Origin: Candidatus Bathyarchaeum sp.
GTDB taxonomy: Archaea > Thermoproteota > Bathyarchaeia > Bathyarchaeales > Bathyarchaeaceae
Length of the DNA: 33,787 bases
Assembly (NCBI GenBank): GCA_026014495.1
Contig: JAOZIF010000042.1
Location: forward strand, 1 to 33,787
Direction of reading: 5' to 3'
Shown: positions 25,473 through 33,787 of the stretch, piece by piece
Position numbering within the stretch: position 1 is the first letter of the stretch
How the letters are laid out: each line of letters begins with the position of its first letter
Notes under the pieces: model-generated
Told to the model about the DNA's origin: nothing
The model's database searches: none
Seen by the model: the letters and a program-made list of their open reading frames with translations, nothing else
Translations under genes and position numbers: made by a program

Positions 25473-27107
25473 ATGGCATATTTAACTACACAAGGCGGAC
25501 AACCCGTTCTTATTCTTAAAGAAGGAACCTCACGCAAACGTGGAAAGGAAGCTCAAACAAATAACATTATGGCTGCAAAAGTCATAGCCGAAGTTTTGAG
25601 GACCACTCTGGGACCTCGTGGCATGGATAAAATGCTCATTGATGGTTTAGGTGACATAACCATAACCAACGATGGAGCATCAATACTTGACGAGATTGAC
25701 GTTCAGCATCCAGCTGCAAAAATGATGGTGGAAATAGCAAAAACCCAAGACGATATGGTTGGTGATGGAACCACTACCTCTGTAATCTTGGCTGGAGAGC
25801 TTTTGCGAAAAGCAGAAGAACTGCTAAACCAAAACATTCACCCAACAGTTATTGTGAAAGGATACCGAAAAGCTGTTGAAAAAGCTGTGGATGCTTTAGG
25901 CAAATTGGCGATAACAGTTGACATTGATGACCGTGAAACCCTAAAGAAAGTTTCCATGACTTCCATGGGAAGCAAAGCAGTAGGTAATGCTCGAAGTCAC
26001 TTGTCTGACATCACTATTGATGCGGTTAAACTGATAGCTGAGAAACGTGGCGATAAGACTATCGCAGATATTGATAATATTCAGCGTGTTAAGAAAGTTG
26101 GAAAGAGCCTATTTGATACTGAGCTTATCAAAGGCATAATCATCGACAAAGAGATTGTTCATGCAGGTATGCCCAAGCGTGTTGAAAATGCAAAGATTGC
26201 TCTGCTTGATTCTCCTCTAGAAGTGGAGAAGACCGAGTTTTCAGCTGAAATTAGAATACGTGATCCTACGCAGATGCAAGCTTTCTTAGATAAAGAGACC
26301 AGTATGCTCAAGGGTATGGTTTCAAAGGTTAAAGCTTCAGGTGCAACTGTTCTTTTCTGCCAGAAAGGTGTTGACGATATGGCTCAACATTTCCTAGCAA
26401 AGGAAGGAGTTATTGTTGCGCGAAGAGTTAAGCAATCAGACATGGAGAAACTAGCTCGAGCCACTGGAGGAAAGGTCATCACAAAATTGGATGACTTGAA
26501 GAGTGCAGACTTAGGTGAAGCAGGAATCGTTGAAGAGCGTAAGGTTGGAGACGATAAGATGGTCTTTGTAGAAAAATGCAAAGAACCCCGCTCAGTTGCG
26601 ATTCTCATTCGTGCTGGTCTAGAAAGAATGGTTGATGAAGCAGACCGGGCAATGAACGATGCTTTGTCAGTTGTTGCTGATGTAGTTAAAGATAACATGA
26701 TTGTTGCTGGTGGCGGTGCCACAGAAGCTGAAATTGCGAAAGTTCTTCGTGGCTTTGCTACAAAGGTTGGCGGCAGGGAGCAGCTTGCAATAGAAGCATT
26801 TGCTGATTCGCTGGAAGTTGTTCCTAAAACTTTGGCTGAAAACGCTGGTTTAGAATCAATTGATATTCTTGTTGGGTTGAGGGCTGCTCACGAAAAGAAG
26901 AACGGTCACTTGATGGGCGTTGATGTTTTCAAGGGAGAAATCGTTAACAGCTACGAGAGTGGAGTCATTGAGCCCTTGAAAGTTAAGGAGCAGGCAATGA
27001 AGTCAGCCGCGGAAGTTTCTTCCATGATATTGAGAATTGACGACGTGATTGCTTCGACTAAACCCAAAGAAGGGGCTCCTCCAGGCGGAATGCCTGAGGG
27101 CTACTAA
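25473..27107 (+). CDS. Thermosome subunit (group II chaperonin)
   Basis: [33 protein letters not shown], and a GGMP tail. Confidence 0.98.
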   Translation: MAYLTTQGGQPVLILKEGTSRKRGKEAQTNNIMAAKVIAEVLRTTLGPRGMDKMLIDGLGDITITNDGASILDEIDVQHPAAKMMVEIAKTQDDMVGDGTTTSVILAGELLRKAEELLNQNIHPTVIVKGYRKAVEKAVDALGKLAITVDIDDRETLKKVSMTSMGSKAVGNARSHLSDITIDAVKLIAEKRGDKTIADIDNIQRVKKVGKSLFDTELIKGIIIDKEIVHAGMPKRVENAKIALLDSPLEVEKTEFSAEIRIRDPTQMQAFLDKETSMLKGMVSKVKASGATVLFCQKGVDDMAQHFLAKEGVIVARRVKQSDMEKLARATGGKVITKLDDLKSADLGEAGIVEERKVGDDKMVFVEKCKEPRSVAILIRAGLERMVDEADRAMNDALSVVADVVKDNMIVAGGGATEAEIAKVLRGFATKVGGREQLAIEAFADSLEVVPKTLAENAGLESIDILVGLRAAHEKKNGHLMGVDVFKGEIVNSYESGVIEPLKVKEQAMKSAAEVSSMILRIDDVIASTKPKEGAPPGGMPEGY

Positions 27108-27122
27108 AAGCCATAACTGGGA

Positions 27123-27160
27123 TTTTTTTTCCCTTTTTTCTTTTTGTTTATTTTTTTCTT
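27123..27160 (+). terminator. Oligo-T terminator after the thermosome gene
   Basis: Four consecutive T-runs (T8, T6, T5, T7) starting 15 bp after the stop, typical of archaeal intrinsic terminators. Confidence 0.6.
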
Positions 27161-27310
27161 TCAGTCTTATTCTTTAGGCTTGTAGAAAAGTTAATCTGTT
27201 TTCTTGATTACATTCATTTTATCCATGTGCTGTTGGATAGATAACCTAAAACTAGGTTTACGAAGTTTAGAATTAATACACTAACAGTGTAGTGGCTGAG
27301 TGAAAAAACT

Positions 27311-28291
27311 ATGGTGAAAAAAAAGATTAATGAGCCCCTCACGTTGGGTGTTGACCTTGGAGGCACCAAAGTCAATGTGGCATTAGTGGATGCTAAGGGT
27401 CAACTTGTGTATGCCCATAACTCGCTGATTCATGCTTCAAAGGAACCAAAAAAAGTCATTGATGATATCTTGTCGGGAATAGATGTTTGTCTCCGAAAAA
27501 CAGGTAAAGAAGCTAAAGCTCTTGGAATCGGCGTAGCCGCCCAAGTGGACACAAAAGGCGTTGTGCATGGTTCTCCTAACTTAGGGTGGAAAAATTTTCC
27601 CTTAAAGCAAAAACTGGAGCAAATAGTCAAATTGCCTGTGGCTGTGACCAATGATGTTCGTGCAGCTACCTTAGCCGAATGGAAGTATGGTTCAGGAAGA
27701 GGCGTAGACGATTTGGCGGTTCTTTTTGTTGGCACTGGTGTAGGTGGGGGAGTCATAAGTGGCGGACATGTTCTTTCTGGTTGCACTAACAGTGCCGGAG
27801 AGTTGGGACACATTACACTTGTTCATGATGGACGAAAGTGCCGTTGCCCTAACAAAGGCTGCATAGAGGCTTATGTGGGCGGTTGGGCAATAGCTGAACG
27901 CGCTCAAGAGGCTATTAGACTTGTTTCACAACAAGGAAAACATTTAGTGTCTTTAGCAGGCGGTGCCAAGAACATTACTGCAGCTAATGTGAGCAAAGCT
28001 TACCATGAAGGCGACCTTTTATCTCGACATATAGTTGAGGAAACTGGGCACTACTTGGCTGCTGGAGCGGTTAGCATCGTTAATGCCTTCAATCCTTGCA
28101 TTCTTGTCCTTGGAGGCGGCGTAATCGACGGTATTCCAGAGCTTATTCAAATCGTGAAAAACGACATTCAAAACATGGCATTGGAATCTGCTGTTAAAAA
28201 CTTGAAAATCGTTAAAGCTGCGTTGGGCGCAAATACGGGGGCAATTGGAGCAGCTGCACTGGCACAAGAACTGGTACAATTACCACAATAG
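27311..28291 (+). CDS. ROK-family sugar kinase (probable ATP-dependent glucokinase)
   Basis: GVDLGGTK, NDVRAA..AE, GTGVGGG, GELGH, CRCPNKGCIEAY zinc motif, VLGGGV; no N-terminal HTH. Confidence 0.93.
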   Translation: MVKKKINEPLTLGVDLGGTKVNVALVDAKGQLVYAHNSLIHASKEPKKVIDDILSGIDVCLRKTGKEAKALGIGVAAQVDTKGVVHGSPNLGWKNFPLKQKLEQIVKLPVAVTNDVRAATLAEWKYGSGRGVDDLAVLFVGTGVGGGVISGGHVLSGCTNSAGELGHITLVHDGRKCRCPNKGCIEAYVGGWAIAERAQEAIRLVSQQGKHLVSLAGGAKNITAANVSKAYHEGDLLSRHIVEETGHYLAAGAVSIVNAFNPCILVLGGGVIDGIPELIQIVKNDIQNMALESAVKNLKIVKAALGANTGAIGAAALAQELVQLPQ

Positions 28292-28376
28292 CTTTCTTTT
28301 TGTTTTATTGTTTTAACTGCTGTTATGCAAAAGGTTAAAGTTCTGCAATGCAAAGTTTGTTAGACGAGGAATTCAA

Positions 28377-28628
28377 ATGGCAGTGATAGCATACGTGTTA
28401 GTTACATTGAATCCAGGTAGCGAGAAGAATATACTCCAAAAAGTTGCAGATTTCAAAGAAGTCACACGCGTAAGCATGACTTACGGAGAATATGATGGTT
28501 TGCTACAAGTAAGCACTGACACTTTAGATGAACTAAACGAGTTTCTAACCGATAAACTCAGAGCACTGCCTGACATCTTCCAAACTGCCACACTGATAGT
28601 AGCTAAAACTCATGTCAGTCCAAACTAA
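28377..28628 (+). CDS. Stand-alone Lrp/AsnC ligand-binding (RAM) domain protein
   Basis: AYVLV, V..V..TYGEYD.L..V, T.TLIV; no HTH. Confidence 0.88.
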   Translation: MAVIAYVLVTLNPGSEKNILQKVADFKEVTRVSMTYGEYDGLLQVSTDTLDELNEFLTDKLRALPDIFQTATLIVAKTHVSPN

Positions 28629-28825
28629 AGTTCTGAAAATTCAATATTACAAACTTAGTTTATTCACACTTCTGTGCGGCATATTAGGATACAAATAGAG
28701 GTACATTGTTGAAAACTAACTTTTTTTCTGAAAAAATCTGCACAGCACACATTTACTAAAAAAGTTCACACAAGCATTAGCATACAACAAGAACTAGATT
28801 TTTCCAAAACTCATCCAATCCTAGT

Positions 28826-30022
28826 TTATGTGTATTTGTGAAAGCCTTTTCCCTCTTTTTTGCCAGTCCAGCCCTTTTGTACGTAATCTTTGAGCAGAGA
28901 ACACGGTTTGTACAAGCTAATTGGGTATTTACTGTAGGCTGCCTCCAACTTATTTAGTATCCAATCTAACCCCTTGGTGTCGGCGTATTCGCAGGGACCA
29001 AAAGGCCATCCTGTGCCCAGCTTCATTCCTAAATCTATGCTCTCTGGCTCTGCAACACCTTCAAGAATCATCCACGCAGCCTCATTGGCGGCAACCGCCC
29101 AAGAGCGCTCCACATCATACTTTTTCTTCAACTCTTTGGATATGGATGGTCTGCCTTTGCTCCAATCATAAAAGCCCATCCCCGTTTTTTGACCTAGCTT
29201 TTTTGCTTTGACTAAAGGCTCAGTAATTTCCAAGCGTGGCTGGAATCTTTTGCCGTGAGCTTTGTGCAGTATCTTGCTGGCGTCATATTCGACGTCTACG
29301 CCAACAAAATCAACAAGCTCAAACCAGCCCATCGGAAATTTGCCCCTGTATTTTACAGCTGCATCTATCTCCTGCATGGTTGCTTCTTTGCGGCTGTATG
29401 TCCAGAAAGCCTCGTTAAAAACTGCCACAAGAATCCTGCTGACAATAAATCCCCTTGCATCTTTTTTACACAGTATTGGAGTCTTTCCAAGCGATTTGCT
29501 TACCTCCATTATTGCGTTAACCGTTTGGTTGCTGGTTTGTTCACCTTTGATAACTTCAATAAGTTGCGTTAACTGCGGCGGAATAAACCAGTGCATCCCA
29601 ACTGTCTTCGCGGCTCTGTTTGTTGCATTTCCCATCTCTGTTACGCTCAAAGTGGACGTGTTAGTTGCTATGATTGTGTGAGCTGGCGCAACTTTGTCAA
29701 TGTTGGAGAAAACCTGCTTTTTCAGCTCCATTTTCTCTGAAACACACTCCAAAGCCAAATCAGCATCCTTCACCGCTTTCTCATAAGAGGTGGTTGTTGT
29801 TATCTTTGACAAAACCGCTTGAGCTTCACTGTTGCTAATTGTGCCCCTTTTCACGAACTTGCTAAGACTCCACTCAATCTCCTCAACAGCTTTTGCTAAA
29901 CTGTCTTTGTTTCGGCTCACAAGGCTCACGTAATAGCCTTTCACTGCGAAAGTCTGCGCTATCCCATGACCCATCAATCCAGTTCCAATAACTGCTACCC
30001 GCTGAATCTTTTTACCTGACGT
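28826..30022 (-). CDS. 3-hydroxyacyl-CoA dehydrogenase (NAD-binding domain plus two C-terminal domains); no canonical start before its Rossmann motif
   Basis: The frame continues upstream of the tracked TTG 29977 as ACG-S-G-K-K-I-Q-R-V-A-V-I-G-T-G-L-M-G-H-G (GxGxxG). Other motifs: E..SEKMELK, TNTSTL, GMHW, P.G.FEL.D.VG.D, LGQKTG.GFY. The start is placed at ACG 30022 by inference. Confidence 0.85.
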   Translation of the reverse strand, partial: TSGKKIQRVAVIGTGLMGHGIAQTFAVKGYYVSLVSRNKDSLAKAVEEIEWSLSKFVKRGTISNSEAQAVLSKITTTTSYEKAVKDADLALECVSEKMELKKQVFSNIDKVAPAHTIIATNTSTLSVTEMGNATNRAAKTVGMHWFIPPQLTQLIEVIKGEQTSNQTVNAIMEVSKSLGKTPILCKKDARGFIVSRILVAVFNEAFWTYSRKEATMQEIDAAVKYRGKFPMGWFELVDFVGVDVEYDASKILHKAHGKRFQPRLEITEPLVKAKKLGQKTGMGFYDWSKGRPSISKELKKKYDVERSWAVAANEAAWMILEGVAEPESIDLGMKLGTGWPFGPCEYADTKGLDWILNKLEAAYSKYPISLYKPCSLLKDYVQKGWTGKKEGKGFHKYT

Positions 30023-30040
30023 TTCTTTCGCCCTCTTTTT

Positions 30041-30472
30041 CTATAATGGAACAAACTCGTAGGCAACTTTGTCAGAGAAAACCTTTGCCACCAGCTTAAC
30101 TTTCATGCCCGCCTTCACTTTCTCTCTTTTAATGCCTGTTAGCCAAGCTAACGCCTTAATGCCCTCCTTGAGCTGAGCAACAGCAACAATGTACGGTGGC
30201 TCCTTTGAGAAGCTGGCTGGCTTCACAAAAACCTGAGTGAACGTAACAATCTCGCCCTCGCCATCTAATTTGGTCCACTCCACTTCAGATGAGCCACACT
30301 CTCCACAATCAGCAACAGGCGGAAAATGCAGCACACCACACTTTTGGCATGTTGTAGCGTAAACTTTTCCCTCTTTAAGCCCCTCCCAAAACTTTGAGGT
30401 CCTGCTTATGGGCAGATTATAGGTTATCTGCAAAGTTCTGGAGCTTTTCAACGATAACGGCTTATCAACCAT
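30041..30472 (-). CDS. DUF35 Zn-ribbon/OB-fold protein (thiolase partner, acyl-CoA binding)
   Basis: FWEGLKEGK, CQKCG..HFPP..DCGECGS, GEIVTFT, PYIVAVAQL, GMKV; directly downstream of the thiolase. Confidence 0.93.
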   Translation of the reverse strand: MVDKPLSLKSSRTLQITYNLPISRTSKFWEGLKEGKVYATTCQKCGVLHFPPVADCGECGSSEVEWTKLDGEGEIVTFTQVFVKPASFSKEPPYIVAVAQLKEGIKALAWLTGIKREKVKAGMKVKLVAKVFSDKVAYEFVPL

Positions 30473-30476
30473 TCTT

Positions 30477-31643
30477 TCATCTCCGAAGTATCGTCACATA
30501 GCCGTAGTGACCTGTTCCCCCAGTGTTATGTGCCAAGGCAACATAATTTTTCATTGGCGCCTGCCTACTTTTTGGTTTAACCTCTTCACGCAACTGTTTT
30601 GTCAACTCAGCAAGCATAGAAACACCAGTAGTTCCAATCGGGTGACCCTTAGCCTTCAATCCACCATCAACATTAACTGGGATTCTGCCGCCCACTTCTG
30701 TTTCGCCTTCACGCACCATTTTGGCTCCTTTACCTTTTTTACAAAAGCCCAAGTCCTCATAAGCCATAATCTCTGCGATAGTAAAGCAATCATGAACATT
30801 TGCCACATCCACATCTTTTGGCAAGATTCCTGCAATATTATACGCCATCTTTGATGCTTTTACAGAAGCCTCTAACCCAACGTACGTTTCTCTCTTGGAA
30901 ATGTTTGCAGTATCCGAACTAACCCCAATTGCTTCTATCCACACAGGGTCTTCTACTCCAAGCTCTTTGACTTTTGCTTCAGAAGCTAAAACCACGGCTG
31001 CCGCGCCATCAGTTATCGGACAGCAATCATAGAGCTTTAATGGCCATGCAACCATGCTGGAAGCAAGTGCCTTCTCCACGGTTATCTCGTGCTGCAGATG
31101 AGCCCGTGGATTCATAGCACCATACTTGTGGCTTTTAACGGCAACCAAAGCAAGGTCTTCTTCGGTGGTGCCATATTTTTCCATATGCTGGACTGCGTGA
31201 ATTGCGTAATATGCTGGGAACGTCATGCCAAAATTTTCGAACTCCCACATGTAATATCCTGCTCTGCCAATCATCTCCATCACAGTTGGCATGTCTATTT
31301 GTCTCATCTTTTCTGCTCCAACAACCAAAGCCGTGTCCATTTGACCACTCCTAACCGCAGAATAGGCATTGAATGCGGCGGCGCTTCCTGAAGCACAAGC
31401 TGCTTCACATCTGACCAGTCCTGCTCCGGTTAGACCACAGTATTCTGCTATAACAACGGCGGGCAAGGGCTCCTCTGACCAAACACCCATCGAACCTAGA
31501 GACATGTATGGTATTTCTTTGGCTGTTAAGTCTGCACTTTGAAGGGCTGGATTTATTGCCTCAAACGATAACTCAGAGAGATTAACATCTGACCTGTCCC
31601 CAAATCTGCTGTGACCCACCCCAATAATCGCTACTCTATTCGT
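30477..31643 (-). CDS. Archaeal/SCP2-type thiolase (acetyl-CoA C-acyltransferase); no canonical in-frame start before its conserved N-terminus
   Basis: CEAACASG (catalytic Cys), CCPITDGAAA, VHDCF, NVDGGLKAKGHPIG, AHNTGG. The frame extends past the tracked GTG 31619 as ACG-N-R-V-A-I-I-G-V-G, bounded by TGA at 31649-31647. Confidence 0.88.
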   Translation of the reverse strand, partial: TNRVAIIGVGHSRFGDRSDVNLSELSFEAINPALQSADLTAKEIPYMSLGSMGVWSEEPLPAVVIAEYCGLTGAGLVRCEAACASGSAAAFNAYSAVRSGQMDTALVVGAEKMRQIDMPTVMEMIGRAGYYMWEFENFGMTFPAYYAIHAVQHMEKYGTTEEDLALVAVKSHKYGAMNPRAHLQHEITVEKALASSMVAWPLKLYDCCPITDGAAAVVLASEAKVKELGVEDPVWIEAIGVSSDTANISKRETYVGLEASVKASKMAYNIAGILPKDVDVANVHDCFTIAEIMAYEDLGFCKKGKGAKMVREGETEVGGRIPVNVDGGLKAKGHPIGTTGVSMLAELTKQLREEVKPKSRQAPMKNYVALAHNTGGTGHYGYVTILRR

Positions 31644-31687
31644 TTTTCATCCCTGCCCAACACTGCTATTCTGACTTTACAGTCTCC

Positions 31688-32488
31688 CTATTTTTTGTTT
31701 CTCTGAGACACAAACGCCTCTATTCTTTCTTTTGTTTCTTTTTCAGAAAAAAGTAGGGCAAAATCTTCTGTTTCCTTCTTTAATCCACAATCAAATAAAC
31801 TTTGGGCTACAGAATTTACGGCAAGCTTTGCATACTTTAGAGCTACTGGCGAGTGTTTAACCAGTTTTTGAGCTAACCCTTCTACATCAGCCTCCAGCTC
31901 ATTTGAGGGAACGACTTTGTCCACCAAACCAATCTTTAATGCTTCGTTGGCTTGTATTGTGTCCCCTGTCATTATCAACTGTTTAGCATTAGACACTCCA
32001 ACTACTGCAGGTAGCCTTTGTGTTGCCCCCCACGCCGGAACCAACCCCAATTTTATTTCAGGACATCCCAGTTCTGCGTTATCAGAGGCAATTCTGAAGT
32101 CACATGCTAACGCTAGTTCCAGCCCTCCACCTAAAGCATAGCCCTTAATTGCTGCTATAACAGGTTTAGAACATGCCTCTATTTTCGTGAAAACTTGTTG
32201 TCCCTTTATTGAGAATTGTGCCGCAGTTTCTGGCGTGAGACTGCAAAGTTCTGTGAGGTCTGCCCCAGCACTGAATGCCTTTTCTCCATTGCTCACAAAT
32301 ATAACACATCTAGTATTCTCATCTTTTTCAATCATGTCTAGTGCGTTTGAGAGTTCCTGAAGCATAACCGAGTTTATTGCATTGAGTTTGTCTGCTCTGT
32401 CCAAAATTATCCATGCTATGTGCTGTTTGTTTTTGAGCTTTATTGTCTTGTAGCTGCTGGACATGTTAGACATCTCAGAACAATGCAT
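31688..32488 (-). CDS. Enoyl-CoA hydratase (crotonase)
   Basis: LDRADKLNAI, AFSAGADL, GYALGGGLELALACD and PEIKLG (both catalytic Glu). The start is probably ATG 32473 or 32464. Confidence 0.93.
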   Translation of the reverse strand: MHCSEMSNMSSSYKTIKLKNKQHIAWIILDRADKLNAINSVMLQELSNALDMIEKDENTRCVIFVSNGEKAFSAGADLTELCSLTPETAAQFSIKGQQVFTKIEACSKPVIAAIKGYALGGGLELALACDFRIASDNAELGCPEIKLGLVPAWGATQRLPAVVGVSNAKQLIMTGDTIQANEALKIGLVDKVVPSNELEADVEGLAQKLVKHSPVALKYAKLAVNSVAQSLFDCGLKKETEDFALLFSEKETKERIEAFVSQRNKK

Positions 32489-32492
32489 GCTT

Positions 32493-33641
32493 TTAGTATG
32501 ACTTGAGTAACTGCTTTAGAATGGCTAACCTCTGAATTTCAGATGTTCCCTCATAAATCTCGGTTACTCTTGCGTCCCTGTAGGCACGCTCAACCTTATA
32601 ATCACCCAGATAACCATAACCGCCCAAAGTCTGAATTGCAGCATCAGCCGCCCTAACCGCAACACTGCTTGCGTAAAGTTTCGCCATAGAAGTCAACATT
32701 GGGTCCACCTTGTTTTGGTCGATACTACACGCCGCCTTATACATCAACAGTCTTGCTGCCTCAATTTCTGTTGCCACTTGAGCTAGTTTGGCGCCTATCT
32801 GCTGAAACCGTATTATTGGCTGCCCCGCGGATTCTCTTTTTTGTGCATAATTAACTGCAATTTCAAGGGCTCCCTGAGCTGTTCCTATTGCCTGAGCCGC
32901 GATGGAGGTTCTGCTTATTGTGAAAAACTCCATAGAATAACTAAAACCCTCACCCTGTTTTCCTAGCAGACTTTTTTCACTCACTCTAACATCTTTAAAC
33001 GAAACTTCTCCTGTTGTTACACACCTGATTCCCATCTTGTTTGACAACTTAGTGACCGACAGTCCGTTTGCTTCCTTGTTTACTATGAACAAAGATTGAC
33101 TCTTGCGTGGAAGCTCTCTACTTCCTGTCTGGCACAAAACTATGAAAAAATCAGCAATGGGCGCATTTGTTATGAGCGTTTTTGTCCCATTAATCACCCA
33201 CTCTTTTCCATCCTTAACTGCAATAGTATCCACTGTCGATATGTCAGTTCCACGGGATGGCTCCGTAAATGCAGCAGCTGATATACTGTCTCCACGGCAT
33301 AAATGCGGCAAGTAAATGTTCTTTTGCTCCTCTGTTCCTTTAAGCAAAAGCAAATCGCTTCCAAAAGTTCCAATCATACACGCCAACCCCAAAGACGAGT
33401 CTGCCCTACACATTTCTTCCATAGCTAAACAAGACGCCAAATACCCCTCTCCGATACCTCCATACTTTTCTGGAATAAACCGACTCGAAAATCCATGCTT
33501 TGCAGCCTTACGGTAAAGCTCCATGGGAAAAACTTCATTTTTATCCAACTCTAGAGCAAGTTTTGAATCGAATTCTTTTTCGCAAAAAGTCCTGACAGAA
33601 TCCTTCAATTTCAGTTGCTGTTTAGTTAACTCAAAGTCCAT
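32493..33641 (-). CDS. Acyl-CoA dehydrogenase
   Basis: AFTEPSRGTD, WVINGTK..IT, KMGIR, FQQI, LGGYGY, IYEGTSEIQR (catalytic Glu); SD GGTGG. Confidence 0.96.
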   Translation of the reverse strand: MDFELTKQQLKLKDSVRTFCEKEFDSKLALELDKNEVFPMELYRKAAKHGFSSRFIPEKYGGIGEGYLASCLAMEEMCRADSSLGLACMIGTFGSDLLLLKGTEEQKNIYLPHLCRGDSISAAAFTEPSRGTDISTVDTIAVKDGKEWVINGTKTLITNAPIADFFIVLCQTGSRELPRKSQSLFIVNKEANGLSVTKLSNKMGIRCVTTGEVSFKDVRVSEKSLLGKQGEGFSYSMEFFTISRTSIAAQAIGTAQGALEIAVNYAQKRESAGQPIIRFQQIGAKLAQVATEIEAARLLMYKAACSIDQNKVDPMLTSMAKLYASSVAVRAADAAIQTLGGYGYLGDYKVERAYRDARVTEIYEGTSEIQRLAILKQLLKSY

Positions 33642-33787
33642 CAGAGTCCACCAACATCTAACCTGAAGGTAACTAGGAAAATAAAACTGTTCTCAAACAA
33701 AAAACGGTGATTTGAAAATGCGGTACGTTTATTAGATTTCTAAAGCATATTATATATTAAGATTTATTTTCCATCCAAGCGGGGGAA

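Noticed and set aside
28722-28736. Perfect inverted repeat TTTTTTC-T-GAAAAAA between convergent genes
   Set aside because: Homopolymer arms with a 1-nt loop; expected by chance in AT-rich terminator regions.
30041-30043. Pyrrolysine decoding of the in-frame TAG between DUF35 and the dehydrogenase
   Set aside because: There are no pyl genes in the window, and TAG is an ordinary stop for several genes here (6809, 8034, 28289, 31688). It is kept only as the least likely model in the start-codon finding.
1079-33516. Numerous antisense or overlapping ORFs in the track (e.g. 9602-10132, 10933-11499, 14049-14558, 19835-20230, 27430-27813)
   Set aside because: They are shadows of well-supported genes on the other strand or frame and contain no family motifs.
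1-33787. tRNA/rRNA genes, CRISPR arrays, IS elements or proviral genes
   Set aside because: I found no cloverleaf or GC-rich structured intergenic sequence, no regularly spaced repeats, and no transposase, integrase or capsid motifs.

Overview
Gene-dense, AT-rich archaeal DNA: it encodes a histone, a group II chaperonin and methanofuran genes, and has BRE/TATA promoters with GGTGA/GAGG-type SD sites. The gene set and style suggest Bathyarchaeia (inference, not a search result). From left to right: a 5'-truncated flippase; msrA; a six-gene methanofuran cluster (mfnB, mfnE, mfnF, mfnD, a HisA/HisF-like gene, mfnA; no mfnC); an MFS transporter; a cobamide lower-ligand salvage module (cblT-cblS) facing a divergent ribbon-helix-helix/CblS-like fusion across a 17-bp palindrome; a wHTH regulator; two surface/membrane proteins (PKD repeats; Vps62-like); citrate synthase; nfo; an NfuA-like protein; two tandem GbsR/MarR regulators facing an ABC exporter across two copies of a 26-bp palindrome; a macrodomain, a Pat-type acetyltransferase, a histone and the thermosome; a ROK kinase; a stand-alone Lrp ligand-binding domain; and a five-gene beta-oxidation-type operon. 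I saw no rRNA, tRNA, CRISPR array or mobile element. The best candidates for something new are (1) the RHH-pseudokinase regulator of alpha-ribazole salvage with its operator, (2) two genes of the beta-oxidation operon that lack an in-frame ATG/GTG/TTG before their conserved N-termini and both have ACG at the expected start, (3) the macrodomain-Pat-histone neighbourhood, and (4) the HisA-like gene embedded in the mfn cluster.
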